From a virus (Duplodnaviria; Caudoviricetes), in IMG/VR virus record IMGVR_UViG_3300025141_015004, positions 1 to 60,922 of that record: a DNA stretch of 60,922 nt; one strand, written 5' to 3'. The notes below the pieces were generated by a model that made no database searches, was not told where the DNA came from, and saw only the letters and a program-made list of their open reading frames with translations. Made by a program: the position numbers and the translations under genes. Positions 28,024 through 38,746 of this stretch are shown here, one piece after another. The stretch's first letter is position 1, and every line of letters starts with the position of its first letter.

Positions 28024-28733
28024 ATACCTTGAAAAAAATAAAGAAAAATTTTTTAGTTGTGAGCGATTATAATTGGCTGCCACAAAATTTAGAAGAATCG
28101 TGGGTCTGTAAATACACCGATAATTACTTAATTTACGATCGAGCCCACAGGTTTGAAGAGTCTGATAAAGTAAAACATCAAAAAAATGTTGGCCAAAATG
28201 TATATGATATATTTGATTTTATTGTTACTCATTATAATGATCTACCAGATGCAACAATTTTTTGTAGAGCATGTGTACACTACCCAAAGAAAACCCCGGA
28301 TGGGGAGTCATACGGCAATTGCAGCGAAGAAAAGTTTGTTAGTTTAATGAATAACGATACATTTACGGAGCTTCACGATTTTGGTCCGGAAGTACATAAT
28401 GGAACTAGTAGTAAAATGGCGGAGGATGGCGGGTTTTTAGAAATTAATAACAGTTGGTATTTGCACCATGTTCCATGGAAACATTTCAGTAATTTAAATA
28501 CTTTTTTAAGAGACGTATATATAAATCCTGAAATTCCTAGATATATAAGATTCTCCCCCGGGGCAAATTATGTAATCCCCAAAGATGACATTTTAAAGTA
28601 TAGTAAGAATTTTTATGAAAAGATAAGAGAATATCTCAGTTGGGATTGTGTAATAGGAGAAGCCCATATATTAGAACGATGCTTGTATACGATTTTCACA
28701 TGTGATTACAAAGTAAAAGAAAAGTATAGGTGA
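28020..28733 (+). CDS. DUF3431-like protein (glycan related)
   Basis: NVG..FIVTHYNDLPD, PGANYVI, AHILER. Confidence 0.65.
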   Translation: MNTLKKIKKNFLVVSDYNWLPQNLEESWVCKYTDNYLIYDRAHRFEESDKVKHQKNVGQNVYDIFDFIVTHYNDLPDATIFCRACVHYPKKTPDGESYGNCSEEKFVSLMNNDTFTELHDFGPEVHNGTSSKMAEDGGFLEINNSWYLHHVPWKHFSNLNTFLRDVYINPEIPRYIRFSPGANYVIPKDDILKYSKNFYEKIREYLSWDCVIGEAHILERCLYTIFTCDYKVKEKYR

Positions 28734-28739
28734 TTTTTA

Positions 28740-29654
28740 ATGGCAACTATAAGGGCTTTTATGTTTCATGATATTCGGGACTTTGAAGATACAAATTTTC
28801 CTGATAGATATAAATTACGTTCGTTCTTAACAAAGAGGCAATTTATACATCAAATTGACTTAATCAAGAGTAGATATCACATAATAAAGAGTACTGACGT
28901 TCATAATATAAATTTAAATGAGGATAGGAATGACTATGCTGTTTTAACTTTCGATGACGGCTTATCCGATCATTTTTATGTATACAATTATTTGAAATCT
29001 ATAAAAGCCAAGGCCACTTTTCTAGTTCCAACGGCTCCAGTCATGGAACAGAAGATGATACATTCTCATAAAATACAATTTATAATCGCATCTGCAAATG
29101 AAGAAACTTTGGTACGAGAAATATTAGGGAATTTTGTTAATAAGGGAGAAATTTGGGACAAGTATTCAAAAACAAAGTGGAGAGATAACTGGTGGTCAAA
29201 AGAAATGATTTTTTTAACTAATTTTCTTAGAAATTATAATACATCTTCTTTTGATAATCATACATATGCTGATTATTTGTTTAAAAAATATGTCTCCAAA
29301 GACCCTGAAAAATTTATTAAAGATTTTTATTTTAATCAGGATCAATTGAGGGAAATTAGCAATAATGGGGATATGACCATAGGAGGCCATGGATATACTT
29401 CTGATAATTTGTTGTTGATAGACAATGTTGAACATGATATAGAAGGGTCTTATAAATTCGTAAAGAAATATTCTGATGATTTTGTGTTTTCTTATCCCAA
29501 CGGAGGATTTGACGAAAATATTAAAAGCGTTTTGAAAGAATGTGGATGCTCTCTTTCGTTCACTATCAACCCTAAAACAATAACTAATTTAGATTTTGTT
29601 GATTATTTGGAATTTCCTAGGTATGATGCACCTCAAAAAATAGAGGTCATATGA
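28740..29654 (+). CDS. Polysaccharide deacetylase (CE4/NodB)
   Basis: FMFH, LTFDDG, IGGHG, FSYPNG. Confidence 0.85.
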   Translation: MATIRAFMFHDIRDFEDTNFPDRYKLRSFLTKRQFIHQIDLIKSRYHIIKSTDVHNINLNEDRNDYAVLTFDDGLSDHFYVYNYLKSIKAKATFLVPTAPVMEQKMIHSHKIQFIIASANEETLVREILGNFVNKGEIWDKYSKTKWRDNWWSKEMIFLTNFLRNYNTSSFDNHTYADYLFKKYVSKDPEKFIKDFYFNQDQLREISNNGDMTIGGHGYTSDNLLLIDNVEHDIEGSYKFVKKYSDDFVFSYPNGGFDENIKSVLKECGCSLSFTINPKTITNLDFVDYLEFPRYDAPQKIEVI

Positions 29655-30295
29655 AAATAGTATATTACGGATATAGAGACTGGTCATTTGATATTTTTAG
29701 AAATGTCAAATTAAAGGATAAATATTTAATTACAACACAAGATTATGATATAATCGAAAGTGTCGATCCGGATTTGGTTTTCTTCGTGGGATGGAGTTAT
29801 ATAATACCTGATCATATAGTAAATAATTATACCTGTGTATGCTTACATCCCTCACCTTTGCCAAAATATAGAGGAGGGAGCCCGATACAAAATCAGATAT
29901 TGAATAATGAAAAAGAAAGCGCTGTAAGTTTTTTTATTATGGATGAAGGACTGGATACGGGTGATATTTTATATCAATCAAGCTTCAGTTTAAATGGCTC
30001 CTTGGGCGATATATTTGATAGGATATCGATCTTGGGAGATGAGGGAATTAATTATATTATAGACAATTTTAATGATTTGGTGAAGATAAGAACAAAACAA
30101 AACAATAATAACGTCAGTTTTTTTAAGAGAAGAAGGAAAGCTGATAGTGAAATAAAATTATCTGATTTTGAAAAATATGATCCTGAATATCTCTATAATA
30201 AAATACGATGTTTAAATGATCCGTACCCTAACGCATTTATAAAATGTAAAAATGGAAGAAAATTGTTTATTATATCTGCAAGAATCGAGCCTTAA
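29651..30295 (+). CDS. Formyltransferase (Fmt-like, probably sugar N-formyltransferase)
   Basis: HPSPLPKYRGGSP, GLDTGDI, DPYPNAF. Confidence 0.9.
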   Translation: MKIVYYGYRDWSFDIFRNVKLKDKYLITTQDYDIIESVDPDLVFFVGWSYIIPDHIVNNYTCVCLHPSPLPKYRGGSPIQNQILNNEKESAVSFFIMDEGLDTGDILYQSSFSLNGSLGDIFDRISILGDEGINYIIDNFNDLVKIRTKQNNNNVSFFKRRRKADSEIKLSDFEKYDPEYLYNKIRCLNDPYPNAFIKCKNGRKLFIISARIEP

Positions 30296-31225
30296 ATGAA
30301 AAACGAAAAAATATTTATAACCGGCGGCGCCGGGTTTCTGGGCAGGAATTTAGTAGATAGGTTACACAAAGATAACGAAATAACAATTTATTCTAGAGAC
30401 GAAGCCAAACATTATTATATGAAAAAAGACTATCCAAACGTCAATTTTTCCATTGGCGACATTAGAAATAAAGATCTTCTAATCAGAAAATCAAAAAATC
30501 ATACTGTTGGAATCTTTGCTGCTTCATTAAAACAGATCGAGGCTTGCAATAGCGATTATGAAGAAGCTTCTAGAATAATAATTGATGGCGCATTTAATTC
30601 TAGGCTAGCCGCAGAACAAAACAATTTCAAATCTGCCTGCTTTATATCATCAGATAAAAGTAGAGCTGCAACAACATTATATGGCGCTATGAAATATGTT
30701 GCGGGTGAGGGGTTTATATCTGGTAGATCTAGTTGCAAATTAACAACAGCTATATATGGAAATGTGATGAATTCTAGCGGCTCTATAATTCCATTAATAT
30801 GGAATTTTATAAAAAAAGGAGCTACCTTGGAATTATATGGCGATGAAATGACTAGGTTTTTATTAGATGTTAAAGATGCTATTGACTTGATAATGAAATC
30901 TGTAAACTATGAAAATTGCAATATTGTTCCGATAGCTAATTCTTTCAAAATTAAAGATTTGTTCGATATATACGAAGAAGAATTTGGATTGTCATATAGA
31001 GTTACCGAACCTAGAGTTGGTGAAAAGATTCATGAAATAATGGCGTCTAGTGAAGAAATTAGAAGAATGGAATTGATAGAAAAAGAAGGCATTTATTTAT
31101 TATATCCAAAGAAAAATATAAATAAGATAAATTTTATTAATAATGAATATTCGTCTAGGGATTATTGCTTATCCAAGGATGATTTATGCAAATTTTTGAA
31201 AACTAAGAATTTTTATCAAAAATGA
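30296..31225 (+). CDS. UDP-GlcNAc 4,6-dehydratase (PseB/FnlA/CapD-like)
   Basis: TGGAGFLG, SRDEAK, SSDK, YGAMK, YGNV, MTRF, GEKIHE. Confidence 0.85.
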   Translation: MKNEKIFITGGAGFLGRNLVDRLHKDNEITIYSRDEAKHYYMKKDYPNVNFSIGDIRNKDLLIRKSKNHTVGIFAASLKQIEACNSDYEEASRIIIDGAFNSRLAAEQNNFKSACFISSDKSRAATTLYGAMKYVAGEGFISGRSSCKLTTAIYGNVMNSSGSIIPLIWNFIKKGATLELYGDEMTRFLLDVKDAIDLIMKSVNYENCNIVPIANSFKIKDLFDIYEEEFGLSYRVTEPRVGEKIHEIMASSEEIRRMELIEKEGIYLLYPKKNINKINFINNEYSSRDYCLSKDDLCKFLKTKNFYQK

Positions 31226-32043
31226 AAATAATAATATTTGGCTCAAATGGAATGTTAGGAAGTTATTTAAAACTTCATCTGGAAAAAGAATATAGCGTTA
31301 TGGCATTAACTAGGAAGGATATTGACTTATCATTCATCGATGAAGCAAGGTTATTAGCTTTTATGTTTGACAATATAGCTGCGAACGATGTTGTGGTGAA
31401 CGCATGCGGAGTTATAAAGCAGAGAGATTATAACGTGATTGAAATGTTGATGGTCAATAGTATTTTCCCTCATATTTTGGCAAAATTTAAAAAATATGTT
31501 GGATGTGATATTATACATATAACAACCGATTGCGTGTTTAGCGGTTCTAGGGGAGGTTATGTGGAATCAGATAATCACGACTGTATCGACGACTATGGCA
31601 AAAGCAAATCTTTGGGTGAAAATTTAACAATAACGAATATCAGAACGTCAATAATTGGAGAAGAGAAATTAAACAAAAGATCTTTACTTGAGTGGGTTAT
31701 TTCCAATAAGGGGAGAGCTATTGACGGCTATCAAAATCACTTCTGGAATGGCATAACTTGTTTGGAATTATCAAAATTGATTAAAAATATTATAAAAAAT
31801 AATTCATTTTGGTCCGGTGTGAAGCATGTATTTTCGCCTGATATTGTTTCTAAATATGAACTGGTTACTATGATAAATGACGTTTATGATTTAAATATGA
31901 CTATAAGTAAAAAGCAAACTGATAAATGTTATAGGGATTTGTCAACATCCATGGAAAGAGTGATCGAAAAACCTCTATATGAGCAAATACTGGAATTAAA
32001 AGATTTTAATTTAAAAGAGAAAATAAAGGATAGGAAATTATGA
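31222..32043 (+). CDS. NDP-4-keto-6-deoxysugar reductase (RmlD-like)
   Basis: GSNGMLG, HITTDCVFSG, YGKSK, RTSIIG. Confidence 0.88.
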   Translation: MKIIIFGSNGMLGSYLKLHLEKEYSVMALTRKDIDLSFIDEARLLAFMFDNIAANDVVVNACGVIKQRDYNVIEMLMVNSIFPHILAKFKKYVGCDIIHITTDCVFSGSRGGYVESDNHDCIDDYGKSKSLGENLTITNIRTSIIGEEKLNKRSLLEWVISNKGRAIDGYQNHFWNGITCLELSKLIKNIIKNNSFWSGVKHVFSPDIVSKYELVTMINDVYDLNMTISKKQTDKCYRDLSTSMERVIEKPLYEQILELKDFNLKEKIKDRKL

Positions 32044-32951
32044 TAGTAAATGAGCTATATAATGGATCGGGCCTTGGCAACCAACTATGGAGATATACCG
32101 TCACAAGAGTAATTGCCTTAAATAATGGTTATGAATATGGTATAATGAATCCACAAAAATTCAAGGCGCCAAGAATAATGAATTTAGATTTTGGTAAAGA
32201 AGTCATAGGGGGCTCAGGCCCGGAAGGAGGGCCACCAACTTCATTACCAGAGGGGATTGAAAGATACTACGAAGAAAAGGCGCTTATTCATCCAGATTTT
32301 AATTGTGATTGTAGGTTATACGATCCAGATTTGGCAAACATTTCGGATAATACAAAGATTGATGGTAACATGGAATCAGAAAAATATTTAGAAGGAAGAA
32401 AGGATGAAGTTAGGCAGTGGCTTAAAATAAGAGATGATAAGCAAATTCGCAGTCTTTCCAGAGATAATATTTGCATCTTGTCCTTCCGCGGCGGCGAATA
32501 TATTGGGGTAAAAGATTTATTTTTGCCACAATCTTATTGGCATAATGCCATGAAAATAATGAAACAGCGCAATCCAAATATGCAATTTAAAGTAATAACT
32601 GATGATCCATACACGGCAAAAGGAATGTTTCCTGATCTTTCTGTGTTTCACTATAATACAGAAGTTGATTGGGTACTCGTTAGAAATGCTAAGAACATTA
32701 TAATGTCGAATTCTAGCTTTGCTTGGATTCCAACTTGGATTAACGATGAAATTTTAAATGTTATTGCCCCAAAGTATTGGGGAAGGCACAATGTTTCAGA
32801 TGGATTTTGGGCCCAAGGAGATTCTTTGACAAAAGGTTGGGAATATCTTGATAGAGAAGGCAGCCTTTTTTCTTATGAAGAATGTAAAAGAGAGAAAGAT
32901 AGGTATGAAGAAGATAATATTGAGCTTTATAAAATTTATGGGAGAGGGTGA
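32040..32951 (+). CDS. GT11-like glycosyltransferase
   Basis: GSGLGNQLW, FRGGEY, SNSSFAW, IAPKYW. Confidence 0.8.
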   Translation: MIVNELYNGSGLGNQLWRYTVTRVIALNNGYEYGIMNPQKFKAPRIMNLDFGKEVIGGSGPEGGPPTSLPEGIERYYEEKALIHPDFNCDCRLYDPDLANISDNTKIDGNMESEKYLEGRKDEVRQWLKIRDDKQIRSLSRDNICILSFRGGEYIGVKDLFLPQSYWHNAMKIMKQRNPNMQFKVITDDPYTAKGMFPDLSVFHYNTEVDWVLVRNAKNIIMSNSSFAWIPTWINDEILNVIAPKYWGRHNVSDGFWAQGDSLTKGWEYLDREGSLFSYEECKREKDRYEEDNIELYKIYGRG

Positions 32952-33811
32952 TGAAGCCAAAAATATATGATTGTTTTCCGTTTTTTAATGAATTAGATCT
33001 TCTAGAGATAAGATTAAATTATTTAGACTCGGTAGTTGATTATTTTGTTCTGTGTGAATCCAAAGTGACCTTTTCTGGAATTTCAAAAAAGTTATTTTAT
33101 GAAGAAAATAAAGAACTTTTTAAAGAGTTCGAACATAAAATAATACATGTAATAGTAGATGATACGCCACAGGAATTAATTGGTGTCGACCCATTTAGAA
33201 CGGACCAGCACCAGAGAAATTCTATTATCAAGGGGTTACAAAATTGTTCTGACGATGATATAATTATAACGAGTGATCTAGATGAGTTTCCGAATTTTAA
33301 TAGAATCAAGAATCTTAAAGAGTTTTATAAGCCAAACATTTTATTTCATCTGGCGCAGGGCATGTATTACTATTATTTTAATCTTAGAGAAACATCTGGA
33401 AATTTATTGTCCCACAGCGGAGAATTTGAAGGAATTAAAAATAAAAAGTGGTTGGGAACAAAAATTTGTAATTATGGATTTTTAAAAGAACATGGAGTTG
33501 ACAAGTTAAGGCATCCTTCTTTGAGGGAAGGTGGCACGAGAATTGATCAAGGCGGTTGGCACTTTACATATGTTGGAGGACACAAAGAAACAACGGCGAA
33601 ACAGAGGGTGTTATTGAAAATAGAATGTGCCGCACATCAGGAGTTTAATAATTCATTTTATAAGACAAATGTGCATAAAAACATAGAAGAGAATAAGGAT
33701 GTATTTTTTAGAGATTCTAAATTTGAAATTGTAGAGTTGGATGGCAATTTTCCTGATTATATTGTCAAGAATAGAAATAAATTTAAGCATTTAATTAAAG
33801 AGTTAGAATGA
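32948..33811 (+). CDS. GT17 (MGAT3-like) glycosyltransferase
   Basis: IYDCFPFFNELDLLEIRL, QRN, SDLDE, GGWHF. Confidence 0.88.
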   Translation: MMKPKIYDCFPFFNELDLLEIRLNYLDSVVDYFVLCESKVTFSGISKKLFYEENKELFKEFEHKIIHVIVDDTPQELIGVDPFRTDQHQRNSIIKGLQNCSDDDIIITSDLDEFPNFNRIKNLKEFYKPNILFHLAQGMYYYYFNLRETSGNLLSHSGEFEGIKNKKWLGTKICNYGFLKEHGVDKLRHPSLREGGTRIDQGGWHFTYVGGHKETTAKQRVLLKIECAAHQEFNNSFYKTNVHKNIEENKDVFFRDSKFEIVELDGNFPDYIVKNRNKFKHLIKELE

Positions 33812-33812
33812 A

Positions 33813-34349
33813 ATGAAAAATATTTTTAAGGATATTAAAGTTTTTAATCCTAAAGTATTTGTTGACAAAAGAGGGATATTTTTTGAGTCTTATAGCTTCG
33901 AGATGGAGGGAATTTTAAAGCAAGAATTTGCACAAGACAATCATTCTTACTCTTATAAAAATGTTATAAGAGGTCTTCATTACCAGTGGGACAAGCCTAT
34001 GGGGAAATTTGTTCGTGTTGCGAGTGGAGCAATTATAGATTATTTTGTAGACATCAGAAAAGACTCTCCAACATATGGACAATACGATTCTATCCATTTA
34101 AGTGGGGAAAACAAAATTGCTATTTGGATTCCGCCGGGATTTGCACATGGCTTTGAGACATTGGAAGACAGCGCAATTGTGTTATATAAATGCACGGCAT
34201 TCTATAACAAAGGTGGTGAATCAGGAATTAATCCGCTTGATAAACAAATTAATATTCCATGGAAAATGGATAAATCAGATATGATAATATCGGATAAAGA
34301 CGCGAGTTCGCAAACATTTGCTGAATATTCTTTGGAGCCTAAATTTTAA
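33813..34349 (+). CDS. rmlC: dTDP-4-dehydrorhamnose 3,5-epimerase
   Basis: DKRG.F.ESY, QDNHS, IRGLHYQ, VDIRKDSPTYG, IPPGFAHGF. Confidence 0.95.
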   Translation: MKNIFKDIKVFNPKVFVDKRGIFFESYSFEMEGILKQEFAQDNHSYSYKNVIRGLHYQWDKPMGKFVRVASGAIIDYFVDIRKDSPTYGQYDSIHLSGENKIAIWIPPGFAHGFETLEDSAIVLYKCTAFYNKGGESGINPLDKQINIPWKMDKSDMIISDKDASSQTFAEYSLEPKF

Positions 34350-34362
34350 GAAGGAGAAAAAA

Positions 34363-35253
34363 ATGAAAATTGTTGTAACTGGTGGTAGAGGATTTATAGG
34401 AAGCCACTTTGTTGAACGAGCTTTGATAGAAGGCCATAGTATTGTCGATATTGATAAGCTTGGATATGCTTCAAACGCAGAACTTCCATGGGATAATCAC
34501 CCAGATTATAAATTTATTGAAGAAGATATTAGCGAAATTAATCATATTCCCTTTTGTGATGTGTTAGTTAATTTTGCAGCAGAAAGCCATGTTGATAATT
34601 CTATTAATGATACTGATCCATTTGTTAAGAGTAATGTGATTGGTGTGCATAATTTGCTTGAATTGGTGAGAGGGAAACCTTCTTATGAACGGCCTTTGTT
34701 TTTTCATATAAGCACAGATGAAGTATACGGAGATATATTGGAGGGAGAATTTTCAGAAGAAGATAAACTAACGCCCAGCAATCCATATTCTGCAACGAAA
34801 GCGGCCGCTGAAATGCTTGTTTTAGCATATAATCGCACATATGGCATAGACTATATTATATCGAGAAGCAGCAACAATTATGGCGATCGACAATATGAGG
34901 AAAAATTAATTCCAAAATGCATTTCCAGCATCAAGGGGAATAAAAAAATACCAATTCACGGAGATGGAACATATATTAGGGATTGGCTTTATGTAAAAGA
35001 TAATGTGGATGGGATATTCGCCATTATTGAAAGTGGTGTGAAGAACGAAATTTATAACATTTCTGCTGAAAATTATATGACCAATCTTGAAGTTGCAGAT
35101 ACGATTTTGTCTTGGCATGATCGCACTAGAGAAATGATACGATTTGTTGAAAATCGATGGGGCCAAGATTTGCGATATGCAGTCACTTCTTTGAAATTAA
35201 GGAATTTGGGCTGGAAACCAAAACATGAAAAAGGCTTGTTTAAATGGTTTTAA
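34363..35253 (+). CDS. rmlB: dTDP-glucose 4,6-dehydratase
   Basis: TGGRGFIG, FAAESHVDNSI, STDEVYG, YSATK, NNYG; ATG 34363 with AGGAG. Confidence 0.95.
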   Translation: MKIVVTGGRGFIGSHFVERALIEGHSIVDIDKLGYASNAELPWDNHPDYKFIEEDISEINHIPFCDVLVNFAAESHVDNSINDTDPFVKSNVIGVHNLLELVRGKPSYERPLFFHISTDEVYGDILEGEFSEEDKLTPSNPYSATKAAAEMLVLAYNRTYGIDYIISRSSNNYGDRQYEEKLIPKCISSIKGNKKIPIHGDGTYIRDWLYVKDNVDGIFAIIESGVKNEIYNISAENYMTNLEVADTILSWHDRTREMIRFVENRWGQDLRYAVTSLKLRNLGWKPKHEKGLFKWF

Positions 35254-35942
35254 AGCCCTTAAAAAAAGTATTTTTAACCGGCGGAAGCGGAACTCTCGGT
35301 ATTGAAATGAGAAAAAAATCTCCTCAATTGATTGCGCCTTCGAAGGATGAATGTAATATACTTTTGCTTGGGCAAATTGAGAAAAACTTAGACATTTATA
35401 AGCCAGAGATTTTCATACATGCCGCCGGATTTACCAACGTCAAGAGCGCTGAAGAAGACTCTGATAACTGTATTGATATTAATGTGATGGGAACTATTAA
35501 TGTCATTAAAGCATGTCGAAAGAGGGGGATAAAGTTGGTATTTATTTCTACTGATTATGTCTTTGATGGGAAAAGGGGGTATTATAAACTAGATGATCCC
35601 ATTAATCCGTTATCATATTATGCTAAGACAAAAGGAGCAGCAGAATTAATTGTTCGAACTTACCCAAATCATTTAATTATACGAACTTCGTTTTTTGGGT
35701 ATGATTTTCCTTATGATAAAGCTTTAATTGATCAATGGACAACAAAAGACTATGTTGATATAATTGCGCCAAAAATATTAAAAGAGGCCATGAGTAATAA
35801 GATTGGCGTTGTTCATGTCGGATCCGAACGAAGAAGCATATATGAAATAGCAAAAACACGAAACCCTTCTGTTAAAGAGTTCAAAATGGAAAATATTAAT
35901 TTTCCAATCCCTAGAGATGTTAGCTTAGAGGTGTGTAAATGA
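35244..35942 (+). CDS. rmlD: dTDP-4-dehydrorhamnose reductase
   Basis: TGGSGTLG, ISTDYVFDG, YAKTK. Confidence 0.88.
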   Translation: MVLKPLKKVFLTGGSGTLGIEMRKKSPQLIAPSKDECNILLLGQIEKNLDIYKPEIFIHAAGFTNVKSAEEDSDNCIDINVMGTINVIKACRKRGIKLVFISTDYVFDGKRGYYKLDDPINPLSYYAKTKGAAELIVRTYPNHLIIRTSFFGYDFPYDKALIDQWTTKDYVDIIAPKILKEAMSNKIGVVHVGSERRSIYEIAKTRNPSVKEFKMENINFPIPRDVSLEVCK

Positions 35943-36367
35943 AAAATAATGTGAGTGATTTAAAAACGGGCTTCATAGCAGGTTCGTTTGATTTAGTCCA
36001 TCCCGGGTATATAAAGATGTTCGAGGATGCAAAGAGAGTATGTGATTTTTTAATTGTAGCCCTACACGACGATCCGTCATCCGAAAGACCTCATAAAAAT
36101 AAGCCCGTACAGACGGTAAAAGAGAGAGGAATAATTTTAGGTGCTATTAAACATATTGATGACATCGTTTGTTATAAAACAGAAGATGATTTATATAATC
36201 TATTGCAAGAGCTTAGGCCAGATGTTAGAATATTAGGATCTGACTATAAAAGTAATCCGAATTATACTGGCTATGATCTCAACATTCCTATTTATTTTCA
36301 TAGTCGAGATCACCGCTGGTCGTGCAGTGAACTAAAGAGCCGGATCATACTAGAGGCTTCCAAATGA
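35939..36367 (+). CDS. Cytidylyltransferase (TagD/RfaE-domain-like)
   Basis: GSFDLVHPGY, ER..IL, GSDY. Confidence 0.85.
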   Translation: MKNNVSDLKTGFIAGSFDLVHPGYIKMFEDAKRVCDFLIVALHDDPSSERPHKNKPVQTVKERGIILGAIKHIDDIVCYKTEDDLYNLLQELRPDVRILGSDYKSNPNYTGYDLNIPIYFHSRDHRWSCSELKSRIILEASK

Positions 36368-37284
36368 GTGTAATATTAATAACTGGTGGATCCGGCATGG
36401 TAGGTACAGCCGTAAAGCACGTATTGCCTAATGCTTTATACCCGACTAGAAAGGAACTCCCTTTAAGCGAAAACGTTGTCTTTAAAGATGTTGATTATAT
36501 TATTCATCTGGCAGCCAAGGTCGGAGGGGTTAAAGCAAACATCGATTTTATGGGGGAGTTTTATTACGAAAATGAAAGAATCAACCAAAATGTTCTGCAA
36601 GCGGCAAAAGAAGCTGGTGTTAAAAAGGTTATATCCCTTCTATCAACTTGTGTATATCCGAATTCCTCACATATACCTCGTTATCCTCTTATAGAAGAAT
36701 ATTTGCATCTGGGGCCCCCACATATTTCGAATTACGGATATGCATATGCAAAGCGCATGGTTGACGTAATGTCCCGCGCTTATCGAGAACAATATGGATG
36801 CAATTTTATAACTGCTATTCCAAACAATCTTTATGGAGAAAATGATAATTTTGATTTAGAAGACAGCCATGTCATTCCAGCATTAATGAGAAAAATATGG
36901 GAAGCAAAAATAAATAATAAGCCTTCCGTGGAATGTTGGGGCGATGGCTCTCCATTAAGAGAATTTACATACTCAGAAGATATTGCAAGGATATTAATGT
37001 TTTTAATGGACAACTATAATGAAAAAGATCCGATAAATATAGGAAACACAGAAGAATATTCCATTAGAGATGTAGTATTCCTTCTATGTCAATATTTTAA
37101 ATATGACGGAAAAATCATTTGGAATACTAATATGCCTTCCGGCCAGTTGAGAAAGCCCACTAATAATCAGAAGCTTCTTGATTTGGGGTGGAAAGAGGAG
37201 TGGTATACGCCGTTCAAAAGTGGTTTAAAAAAAACTTGTGAATGGTTTATAATGAACTATCCAAGTGTTCGAGGTATTAAGTGA
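36364..37284 (+). CDS. fcl: GDP-L-fucose synthase
   Basis: [43 protein letters not shown]. Confidence 0.93.
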   Translation: MSVILITGGSGMVGTAVKHVLPNALYPTRKELPLSENVVFKDVDYIIHLAAKVGGVKANIDFMGEFYYENERINQNVLQAAKEAGVKKVISLLSTCVYPNSSHIPRYPLIEEYLHLGPPHISNYGYAYAKRMVDVMSRAYREQYGCNFITAIPNNLYGENDNFDLEDSHVIPALMRKIWEAKINNKPSVECWGDGSPLREFTYSEDIARILMFLMDNYNEKDPINIGNTEEYSIRDVVFLLCQYFKYDGKIIWNTNMPSGQLRKPTNNQKLLDLGWKEEWYTPFKSGLKKTCEWFIMNYPSVRGIK

Positions 37285-38264
37285 AGACAGCAATTATAAC
37301 AGGTATTACCGGACAAGACGGTTCTTATTTAGTAGAGCTTTTGCTAGAAAAGGGGTATTGTGTAGTCGGATGTAAAAGAAGAACCTCTCTTATATGCACA
37401 GAAAGAATAAATGATGTTTATGAACATCCTAATTTTAAATTAGAATATTTTGATCTAAACGACGTGGGAAATATTTATAGGCTTTTATCTAAATATAAGC
37501 CTGATGAATTTTATAATCTTGCAGCACAATCTCATGTTAGAGTATCTTTTGATATTCCAGAACACACAGTTGATGGTGTAGCCATGGGAACTCTGAGGAT
37601 ATTGGAGGCTATTAGGAACATTTTACCCACTTGCAAGTTTTATCAAGCTTCATCTTCTGAGATGTTCGGAGATAATCCGGAATTTCCGCAAAACGAAACG
37701 ACCCGACTTATGCCAGCTTCACCTTATGCGTGTGCAAAAGTTTTTGCACATAATTTAGTGAGAAATTATAGACAATCTTATGGGCTGCATGCTTCAAGCG
37801 GTATTTTGTTTAATCACGAATCTCCCAGAAGAGGAGAAACTTTTGTAACTCGAAAGATTACAATTGCAGCCGCTAGAATTAAGTTAGGATTGCAGGATAA
37901 ATTATATCTTGGTAATCTCGAGGCCAAAAGAGACTGGGGATTCGCCGGCGACTATGTTGAAGCGATGTGGCTAATGTTACAAAAAAAGTCACCAGATGAT
38001 TATGTAATAGCGACCGGCGAAACATGTACCGTTAAAGCGTTTCTAGAGGAGGTTTTTGCTCATGCAGGGCTCGAGGTGGAAAAACATATAAAAATCGATG
38101 AGCGGCTTTATAGACCCCATGAGGTACCTCTCCTGTGGGGAGACTGTTCGAAAGCCAAAAAAGAACTTAAATGGGAACCCAAGGTGAAATTTAAAGATTT
38201 GGCAAAAATGATGTATGACAGCGATTATATGCTTGAATGTCAAAAATTGAGATTAATGCCTTGA
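37281..38264 (+). CDS. gmd: GDP-mannose 4,6-dehydratase
   Basis: [49 protein letters not shown]. Confidence 0.97.
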   Translation: MKTAIITGITGQDGSYLVELLLEKGYCVVGCKRRTSLICTERINDVYEHPNFKLEYFDLNDVGNIYRLLSKYKPDEFYNLAAQSHVRVSFDIPEHTVDGVAMGTLRILEAIRNILPTCKFYQASSSEMFGDNPEFPQNETTRLMPASPYACAKVFAHNLVRNYRQSYGLHASSGILFNHESPRRGETFVTRKITIAAARIKLGLQDKLYLGNLEAKRDWGFAGDYVEAMWLMLQKKSPDDYVIATGETCTVKAFLEEVFAHAGLEVEKHIKIDERLYRPHEVPLLWGDCSKAKKELKWEPKVKFKDLAKMMYDSDYMLECQKLRLMP

Positions 38265-38289
38265 CATATTTTAACAAAGGAGAATTAAA

Positions 38290-38490
38290 ATGAAACTTTC
38301 ACATCAAGCAATGGGAGCTGTAATGCTGGCCCTTCAGAATTCAATTCTAGAACAAACGGATATTGTCCCGGTTTTAGAGGGCTTTGACTTTGATCTTACT
38401 GATAATAACGATTTGGTGGTCATAAACCCCCCGCAAGCCAAAATTTCGGATGAAATAGCAAAACAATTGAAGGCCGAGGCGGATGCCTAA
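38290..38490 (+). CDS. Hypothetical protein
   Basis: AAGGAG RBS. Confidence 0.7.
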   Translation: MKLSHQAMGAVMLALQNSILEQTDIVPVLEGFDFDLTDNNDLVVINPPQAKISDEIAKQLKAEADA

Positions 38491-38746
38491 ATATGATTAT
38501 CAATGCAAAAAATGCGGTTTTGTATTTGAATTTCGCCATGAAATTAGAGAAAAACTTGAAAAACACCCCAAATGCGAACAAAAAGAGTGCGATATACACA
38601 AAGTTCCGAGTTTTTTTAGATTATTTATCCCGCTTCAGAAAAAATCTAACCGCAAGCCCGGTGAATTGGTCAAGAAACACATCGAAGAGGCGAAAGAGGA
38701 GATTAAAGACCAAAAAAAAGAACTAGGAAAGGAATTAGATAAATGA
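38483..38746 (+). CDS. FmdB-family zinc ribbon protein
   Basis: MPKYDYQCKKCG..FE; second Cys pair. Confidence 0.8.
   Translation: MPKYDYQCKKCGFVFEFRHEIREKLEKHPKCEQKECDIHKVPSFFRLFIPLQKKSNRKPGELVKKHIEEAKEEIKDQKKELGKELDK

Noticed and set aside
19822-38264. Bacterial chromosomal O-antigen or capsule locus
   Set aside because: No export or polymerase genes; continuous with phage sigma and baseplate genes
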